Of a stretch of DNA of 64,000 nt, positions 56,660 through 64,000 are shown piece by piece. Source of the stretch: Alphaproteobacteria bacterium (GTDB taxonomy: Bacteria; Pseudomonadota; Alphaproteobacteria; Bin95); NCBI GenBank assembly GCA_964291285.2, contig OZ219785.1, positions 448,001 through 512,000 of the forward strand. The letters run 5' to 3'. The notes below the pieces were generated by a model. It ran no database searches, was not told the DNA's origin, and saw nothing but the letters and a program-made list of their open reading frames with translations. Positions within the stretch are counted from its first letter, which is position 1. Each line of letters begins with the position of its first letter. The translations under genes and the position numbers were made by a program.

Positions 56660-59600
56660 CTACCACCGCACCGAGCCCCTGAGCGTCGCGCCGTGCTCGG
56701 CCGGATCGGCGGCGCTCTTGCTCCGCGTGCCTTCGAGACCCAGGCTCACATTGGGCGCGAGGTTCCAGCGCGCGCCCGCGCGCCACGTGCGCGCGTCGTC
56801 CCCGGCCAGCCCGAGCGCCGCATAGGGCGTCAACACCCCGAGGCCCGCCGGGCCGCCGAGCCCGTAGCCGACCTCCGCGTCCAGGCGGCTCGACAGCTCC
56901 GCATTGTCGTTCGCGGCCAGCGCGTAAGCGTCCGGCATCGTCCACAGCCGCTCCGAGCCGCCCGCGTCCGCCCCCCAGGACGGCGTGAGCGACAGCGTCA
57001 GGCCGCGCCCCTCGCCGCCCGGCTCGAGCCTGAACGAGCCCGACACGCCCCATTCGCGGTAGCCGTCCCCGGCGTGCCCCGCAAGACCGTGCACGCGAAG
57101 CGCCATGTCCAGGCCCCGCGACGGGTCCGCGTAGCCGACACCGGCGCCGAGCTCCATGCCCCTCCCGGTCTCCGCGTCGCCCCCGTCATGGCGCACACCG
57201 AGCGCCACCGACGGCGTCAGGGTGCCGCCCGCGAGCGCGAACGTCCGCGAGCCGTCGAGCACCGCCCGCACCCGGCTCGCATCGGCACGCGCGCCCGCGA
57301 GGTTCCCCGCGCCCGGCGCAGACACCGCCTCCGACTCCGTGCGCACCCAGAACGCATCCGCCTTCAAGGCCAGCGCGAACCCGCCCGCCTCGGCGGGCGT
57401 CACCAGCTCGCCCCGCACGCCCGCCGCCGCCAGCGTCATCGACAGGTCGGCGGCGTAGCGCTCCGCCGCGCCGCCGTCGAGGTCCAGCGTCAGTTCGCCG
57501 GAGCCCGTGCCCGCCAGACCCCACGCCGACACCCGCTCCGAGAGCGCGAGCCGCGCATAGGGAAGCATCGTCGTGACCGAACTCCCCATCAGGTAGCTCC
57601 GCTCCGCTCCATGCGCCGTGCCCTCGGCGAGGCTGTGCGTCATCGCGAACCCGGTCAGCAGGCGGCCATACTCGTAGTCCATGCCCATCGCCCCGGTCGC
57701 CGACTCGCCGCTCAGACTGAGCCCGGGAACGGCGCCCGAGAACCGCGACACCGACGCGCTCTGGCCCCAGCTCGTGAACTGCGACCCCGCGCCCTGCCCG
57801 AGCACCGCGCGGAACGACGTCCCCATCAGCAACGCGCGCGCGTCCATCGTCCGCGACGTGCCCGCGTCCGGGTCCTCCGACCAGGCCAGCCAGTCCGCGC
57901 TACCCGCCGGCGTCGGCGGCAGTCCGGCGCCGGAGCCGTCCAGCGACAGGCGATGTCCGCCCAGCGTCACGTGCGAGCCCGCCTCGCGCGGCGTCTCCAG
58001 GCGCGCCGTCACCGCCGCGACGGTGTCGGACGCCACCGTGCGCCCGAAGCGCGCGAGCCACGCAGCCGGTATCGGGTCGCTGTTCTGGATCGTGCCCGTC
58101 GCCTGGGCCCGGCCGATGTCGATGGTCTTCGATGCGTCGTTGCACAGCTCCGCGTTGCTGATCTTGACCTTCACCGTCTCCCCGGGGTCGTTGATAGCGT
58201 CATCCAGGATGTATACAAACTCGGTCCACTCGGTCACCCCGGCCTGCTGCCACAGCGTCGACTTCGGGCGCGCCAGGAAGTCCTCCCCCTCGGTCGCCGT
58301 GCCCGTGGTGAGCGTCTCGAAGTCGTAGCAGACATTGTCTTCGAGCGGCCGCGACAGCGTGACGGTGAAGTGCATGAAGCCGTTGCGCTCCCGCATGCTC
58401 GTGTCCTCGATGCGGAGGTTCACGTTCGGCACCGCCGTCGTGCTGGTCGTCGGCGCATCGATCGTCCCCGTCGCTTCGGCCGTGGTGATCGTCAGCGGCC
58501 CGAACGCCGTCCCGCGGTCGGTGACGACCCGCGCATTGCTTATCTCCACCTTCACCGTCTCGCCCGCGTCGCTCGCGGTATCCTCGATCAGCCCTACCGG
58601 GGCCGCCACGGTCGTCTCCCCCGGCCGGATGAACTTCGTCGTATCGACGACCGGGCGGTAATCGGCGTTTGCGGTGGCGGTGCCGCCCGCAATGGTCCTG
58701 TAGTCAAACGCGATGCGCGACTGCGTGGCCCGCGACAGGGTGACGTCGAAATTGAGAACGCTGGTGTCCTCGGTTGCGCTCGCGTTTGCGATCGAGAGGC
58801 TCGGCAGGTTGCTGCCGTCGAACGGGGCCGTATCGGGGGTCAGGGTCAGCACCGGCGGGCTGGTGAGCTGAACCGTCCCGTCGCACAATGCGCCCTGCTC
58901 GCTGCAGGGGCGGTTGCCCCGCAGCGTGACGGTGACGGGCTTCGTCTCGTCGTCGGCGACCGCCGTCATGCGCCAGTGGTTGCTGTAGAGGCGCTGCTGC
59001 CCCCCCTCGGTCCTGCGGTCCTTGTGGATGCGCTTCGCCTCGGCCATGTACCCGTTCGTCACGCTGAAGGCATGATCGCGCATATCCTGGAACGGAATCG
59101 CCACGGCCTCGGACAAGGTGAGCTCGAACCGGTAGAACAGGTTCCGCCCGACGAAGGATTCGGGAGAGGCGAGCGTCGCCGTGAAGTGCGACAGGACGCT
59201 GCCCTTCACGTTCATCCTGATGGAATTAGGGCCGGACCTGTTTCCGCTAAGCCGGTAAGAGTCTTCGATCGACCATCCTTCGGCGCCCGTCTGGGCATCG
59301 CTGCCAAGAATACCTAGTTGCAAATCGGCCCCGTCGTTGCCTGTGCTAACGAAATTCACCAAATACCTGGTATTCGGAAGTAATAAGGCGCCCTGAAGTT
59401 TCTTACTCCATTCCCATTCAGCGGAGACGGAGTGCTCAGCGTGGCCACCAGATCTCCCACTTTGTTGGGAGCGCTGTTGTCGAACCTGTGAATCGACACC
59501 GTAACCGTCTCGCCACTCGAAAAGTAGTTCCGGTGAATGTGGAGCCCAACGGAACTCACCTCGTAGCCCGCGGCGTTCCCGGTGTTGAATCCCTGCGTCA

Positions 59601-59790
59601 GTCTGCCGGACGACAGGACTCCAGCCGTCACAGCGTTGGTGCGAGATTGGCCTGTATTGCTGACGAGCGTCGTCTGCGCATGGGCCTCCTGGGGCAGGGC
59701 CCACAGCGCGGCGAGCAGCACGAGCGCAAGGCCGGCGCCCGCGCGCGGCGCAGCGCCCAAATGCAGCTTCCCGACAGGGATCGCGGCCAT
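56660..59790 (-). pseudogene. Autotransporter adhesin with Calx-beta-like domains, frameshifted near 59390
   Basis: Signal peptide and 'AHA|QTTLVSNTGQ' domain in ORF 59356..59790. Continues in another frame (LLPNTRY...) with two Calx-beta-like repeats, 'AWLARFGRTVA' linker and a beta-barrel ending in W. Confidence 0.8.
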
Positions 59791-59958
59791 CGATCCACTC
59801 CCCCGCTGCGCCGCGCGGGCCCGGAACCGGCCGGTCCCTGGACCGCGACGGATTCCTGACAGTGGAAGCGTAAACCGCCCCGAACGCCTATAGAATCCTC
59901 CAATAGTGGAGGTAACGGGACCGCGCCCGGAGAGCCAGCGCCGGCTGCCGGCGGCCCC

Positions 59959-61107
59959 TCAGCGCCGCGGCAGGGCGTCCACCGCCAGGACCCGCCGCAC
60001 CAGCTCGACCTGCTGCCCCGATATGCCGAGCTTCCGGTAGACCCGCTTGACCAGCCAGCGCACATACTCCTCCGACCAGCCCTGGTCCGCGGCGATCTCC
60101 TGCACCCGCAGGCCCTCGGCCAGCCGCGCCGCCATCCGGCTCTCGGACGGCGTCAGGCCGAGCGCCGCCGCCACCCGCGCCGGGTCGATGCGCGCGCGCC
60201 GCGCCGGGTCGACCACCAGCACCAGCGCCGCCACCCGGCGCCCGCCGAAGTCCGCTTCCGCGTCGCCCACCGGCATGACGTGCAGCGCCAGCCGCGACTG
60301 GCCCGAGGGGCGCTCGACCGTCATCGAGCCGCCGCCCGGGGGGACGCCCCGCCAGTCCGGCAGCGCGCGTGCCAGCAGTTCGCGCAGGCGGCGGCTGTCC
60401 GCCGGCAGCCGGGCGTCCAGCACGTCGTGGCGGTCCACCAGCCCGTCGCCGCGGCGCAGAATCTCCAGCGCCGGCGCGTTGGCCTCCACAACGCGCCCGC
60501 CGCGGTCGAGCTGCACCGCGCCGATGCGCTCGCTGTCCAGCAGGCCCGCCAGGCCGGCGCCCAGCGCCCCGGCCGCCGCCAGCGCCTGGCGCATGCGGAC
60601 GAACTGACGGACATGCGGCAGCAGGCGCTCGATCAGCCCCATCCGGGCAGGCTCCCAGCCGTCGCCGCCGACGGGATCGGCGAGGCTCCACACGAGGCGC
60701 AGGCCATCCGGGTCGCTGAAATGCGCGTTCAGGCCGTTCTGCGCGCCCAGCCGGCGCCATCCCTCGTTGTATACCGGCGACGTCCTGCGCTCCTCCTCGG
60801 TCCAGAGGTCGGGGAGATGCACCAGCCGGCCTTCGGGACGGCCCATGAGGCGGTGCATGCCCGCGTCGTGGGGGTAGTAGGCCTCGAAATACTCGCGCGC
60901 CAGCTCCTGCCGGCACTCGCCACGGTAGAGCAGGCGGGCGAAATGGATGCGGTCCCCGCCGCCGGTCCCTTCGCCGACGGTCAGGGCGTTGCCCGCGGCG
61001 CCGCAGGCCTCGTCGATCACGGCCGAGGCGGCGGGCCAGCGGGCGTCGTCGAGGGTGGCCTCGTGCAACGACGCGAGGATGCGCTCGAAGGCATCGTCCG
61101 GGTTCAT
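59959..61107 (-). CDS. PAS-like plus LuxR-type HTH transcriptional regulator
   Basis: 'LHEATLDDARW', 'LLPHVRQ', 'LDRGGRVVEAN', 'LGLTPSESRMAARLAEG...VYRKLG'. Confidence 0.85.
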   Translation of the reverse strand: MNPDDAFERILASLHEATLDDARWPAASAVIDEACGAAGNALTVGEGTGGGDRIHFARLLYRGECRQELAREYFEAYYPHDAGMHRLMGRPEGRLVHLPDLWTEEERRTSPVYNEGWRRLGAQNGLNAHFSDPDGLRLVWSLADPVGGDGWEPARMGLIERLLPHVRQFVRMRQALAAAGALGAGLAGLLDSERIGAVQLDRGGRVVEANAPALEILRRGDGLVDRHDVLDARLPADSRRLRELLARALPDWRGVPPGGGSMTVERPSGQSRLALHVMPVGDAEADFGGRRVAALVLVVDPARRARIDPARVAAALGLTPSESRMAARLAEGLRVQEIAADQGWSEEYVRWLVKRVYRKLGISGQQVELVRRVLAVDALPRR

Positions 61108-62131
61108 GGCGCGTCGTTCCCTTGCCCGGCGCTCCGATCCAAGCGAATCGCAAACCGGGCCCGGCGCAGCCGGCCGGGGAAGGGGGCACGCTGGCGCGTC
61201 CCGCGGCCAAGATTGCGTCTGGCTGTCCGGCTGTCGTCGCTTCGCGCGGTCATCGCCCGGTTCCCGCGTATCCCGGCAAGGGCACGGCCGAAGGGGTCGC
61301 GCCACGGAGTCAGGTGGGAGCGCGGGCCTGCCGCCGCTAATTGGATTTGCCGATCGACACGATTTGAAATCCTTATCTCGTGCCGCAAGCCGCCACTGCG
61401 CCGGCCCGTCCGGCCTGCCTCCTCGCCTTTCCGATTCTCCCCGTTAGCCGCCCAGCGCGGAAAATGAAAATGCCGATTCGTTCAGGCTTCATGCCCACGA
61501 GGTATAGGGTGGGGCGCCGGTGATTTCGCCGACCGACCCTTTCCCGTTCCGCCGCCGCGCATTCCGGGCAGTTCCGAACCGGCCCGGCTCCACACGCTCG
61601 GACAGGCCGCCTCGTCAAGATCGGTTACGGCCTGTATGCCCGCACCGCCATTTCGCTCATAGCGCTCGAGTTTCAGGAGCGCGCAACGAGCTCGGCATGG
61701 GCGCGCAAATTGGTGAATATTTCCGCGCAGAGCGCGGGCATTTCGACACGGTGTCCCATTTACTGCCGCTGCGAGCTGCAGCTTCACGAAGACCCCCGTA
61801 AGGACGATCACACCGAATGGGGCCCCGACCGATCAGCGCCCATTTCACGCGGCCGAACGGCTCTGACCTTTAGGTTCTTCCCCTGACGGTGTTGATCCCT
61901 GCGAGGCGCTTCACGCGTGACGGTTTGCTCGGGGAGCGGAGCGGCCATACACTGCCAACCGGGGTCACATGTATGAAAATACAACGTTATTTCAACACGG
62001 TACGATATTTCGACCTGTGCCCGCTGCTCTGCTGAAGCACTCCCTGGCGGAGCCAGGCGCGGCCATTTGTGGACAAAAGATGTATCCCGCGAGCTGCCTC
62101 GTGTGTTGATACAAAGCCGATGCTCGACGGA

Positions 62132-62196
62132 GCAGCACATGAGAAACCCCCGAAAACATCAATGTTTTCAGGGGTCTAAGTGGTTGCGGGGGCAGG
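62132..62196 (-). other. Second tRNA-fMet 3'-end remnant with flanking hairpin, homologous to 55270-55335
   Basis: TGGTTGCGGGGGCAGG (reverse complement of CCTGCCCCCGCAACCA) at 62181-62196, preceded by GCACATGAGAAACCCCCGAAAACATCAATGTTTTCAGGGGT. Confidence 0.7.
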
Positions 62197-62474
62197 CAAC
62201 CACCGAGACCGACATTTGATCGAAGTCCTAGTCTGATCCGCCGCAACCCTTTGATCCACAAGAGGTATATATCCTAAATCCGGCAGTTGAGGATGCGGCG
62301 ACGGCGGCGCCTGCGCGACTGCAGGCAGCGGTAAGAGACCGTTTGAGAATGCCTTCAACGGATGACTACAGTCCGATCGAGAAGCCCAAAGTGCTGGAAA
62401 TCGTGGCTTTGGGGATGCAGCGGCGAGAAAAATGGGCAACGCGCCGAACCTCGATTCTATTCTCAAACGGACTG

Positions 62475-64000
62475 TCAGAATTCCATTCGCATATGCGTCG
62501 AGATTGCGCGGTCATCGCTTTCGTCCTCATATTCCAGGCCGAAGGCGAGAGCTGCGTTTTCCCCGAGCGGCATGGCGTAGCCAAGGCTGTAATTCCTGGT
62601 CGCCGGGGCGCTCAGCCGGACTGTCGCCGGCTGCCGTTCCAGCACCTGGGGCTCACCGCGGTAGAACGCATCGGCGAAACCCGCCCCGGTCGCCACGACC
62701 CGGTCGATCCGCGCCTGTCCGCCGCGCACCCGCGTTTTCTGGCGAACGGCAAGCCGGAGCACACCGCCGTCCGCGAATATGTCGCGACCCCGCAGTCCGG
62801 CCGACCACCCCTCCGCCCGAAGCCCCGATATCCCGGACAGCATGCCGCCGGCAACGGAGACGTCTGCGGAATTGCGCTCGTAATCGGCGAAACCCCGCCA
62901 TTTCGCGTCCAGCCGGGCGGAAAGGAACAGCCGGTTCCGCCAGGTCCCGGTCCGGGTCTTTGCAAAAGAACCGAAGTCGGATCCCCAGACATTGCGATGC
63001 TCGTCGATACGCGACAACTCGGCTGCCAGCTCGAAACCCTCGGCCGTGCGCCGCCACTGCAGCCCGTACTGGCTCCAGGGCGCATGCCGGGTCTCATGAC
63101 CGCTGTCCCCGAACGCCGCGAACGGGAGTACGCCCTCCCCCTGCATCTGCGCCGTGAGGGTGCCCCCGGACCGGTCGAAGAACGGGGCTGCGACGGTGTC
63201 CGGCGCGGACCGTTCGCTGCCGCCGCGAACGTCGTAGCGCAGCTGCAGGAGGCCGAATGCGCCCGCAGGTATGCTCAACCCGGCGCCCTCGAGCGCGCCG
63301 GTATTCGGGTCGATTTCGGCCGACGGGCCCATGGTGCTGAGGCGGTAGCCGTTCGCAGGCTCGAGCATGTCCCTGGCAAGATACCCGAGCGGCGGGCGGT
63401 CTTCGGCCTCGGCGCGGACGATATCCGACAGCGCCATGTTGTAGTATGCGTCGCCGACCCCCGCGACGGCCGTTTGTACCCGTTGCAAACGCGGAACCGC
63501 ATGGGTGAAGGCGGAAGACATGGTTGCGCGCATCCGGCTCAGCGGAACGGACCGCGTGGTCGTGACGGTCGAGAACGGCAGCGACACCGTGCCCTGCATC
63601 GCGATCGCGCCTGCAAGGTTCAGGCGTCCCCACCCGTAAACCGGGTCCGGTACCCGCAGATTTTTCTCCCGCTCACCCACCGGGGTCGCCGACCAGAGCA
63701 GCACCGCCTGGACGACGTCCATCGGCATGGAAGGCAACCGGCTCTTGAGCACCGCCAGGGACCCGCTCACCATCGGCGCGGCGAAGGATGTGCCGCCCAT
63801 CCCCGACCCGTCGGCCAGAATGCGGAAATCTCCGCCGGGCGCCGTCAGGCACCAGTTTCTCGCCACGCCGCATCCGTTGGACCACGGGGCGATCCGGCCG
63901 TCCGGCAGCGTCGCCGAGACCGTCAGCCATTTTCCGAGCAGTTCCGGCTCGAACAGGGGAGCGAGTTTCCATCCGCCCGGGTCGTTGTAGTCGACACAGT
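62475..64000 (-). CDS. S8 subtilisin-like serine protease with C-terminal beta-barrel (5' end outside the window)
   Basis: SNGCG.A.NWCLTAPG, GTSFAAPMVSG catalytic Ser motif, DPVYGWG.LNL, terminal F. The frame is open to base 64000. Confidence 0.85.
   Translation of the reverse strand, partial: CVDYNDPGGWKLAPLFEPELLGKWLTVSATLPDGRIAPWSNGCGVARNWCLTAPGGDFRILADGSGMGGTSFAAPMVSGSLAVLKSRLPSMPMDVVQAVLLWSATPVGEREKNLRVPDPVYGWGRLNLAGAIAMQGTVSLPFSTVTTTRSVPLSRMRATMSSAFTHAVPRLQRVQTAVAGVGDAYYNMALSDIVRAEAEDRPPLGYLARDMLEPANGYRLSTMGPSAEIDPNTGALEGAGLSIPAGAFGLLQLRYDVRGGSERSAPDTVAAPFFDRSGGTLTAQMQGEGVLPFAAFGDSGHETRHAPWSQYGLQWRRTAEGFELAAELSRIDEHRNVWGSDFGSFAKTRTGTWRNRLFLSARLDAKWRGFADYERNSADVSVAGGMLSGISGLRAEGWSAGLRGRDIFADGGVLRLAVRQKTRVRGGQARIDRVVATGAGFADAFYRGEPQVLERQPATVRLSAPATRNYSLGYAMPLGENAALAFGLEYEDESDDRAISTHMRMEF

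Noticed and set aside
61310-62130. Short ORFs between the LuxR-like gene and the second att remnant
   Set aside because: No recognisable motifs or consistent coding signal, so left unannotated.

Overview
GC-rich window, most likely from an alphaproteobacterium. The aap operon, porin type and tRNA-fMet sequence point that way, and the Calx-beta autotransporter and abundant amidohydrolases suggest a marine, possibly sponge-associated lineage (inference). Housekeeping and catabolic genes (argD, ubiA, aapJQMP, Fe3+-binding protein, amidohydrolases, a non-canonical complex II operon) are interspersed with accessory DNA. Highlights: (1) a porin gene (14352-15752) bracketed by two inverted dif-like (XerC/XerD-type) 28-bp sites with identical 6-bp cores; its ATG lies inside one site, and an RBS plus in-frame leader lie outside the other, so it reads as an invertible ON/OFF porin switch caught in the OFF state; (2) a compact bacterial sterol cluster (45676-54888) with a squalene epoxidase-oxidosqualene cyclase fusion, CYP51, an ERG24-type reductase, a Rieske/SDR pair and a C24-methyltransferase; (3) a 4049-bp four-gene IS21 element with a Zn-finger ORF and a degenerate TOPRIM passenger, which splits an XRE-YaaW gene (5-bp TSD); (4) a UGSC selenoprotein with an in-frame TGA; (5) an intact IS256, MITE-like elements, direct-repeat-flanked single-gene cassettes and tRNA-fMet att remnants beside a decayed integrase. 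No CRISPR array, rRNA or intact tRNA was seen. All calls are from reading the sequence; no database searches were run.
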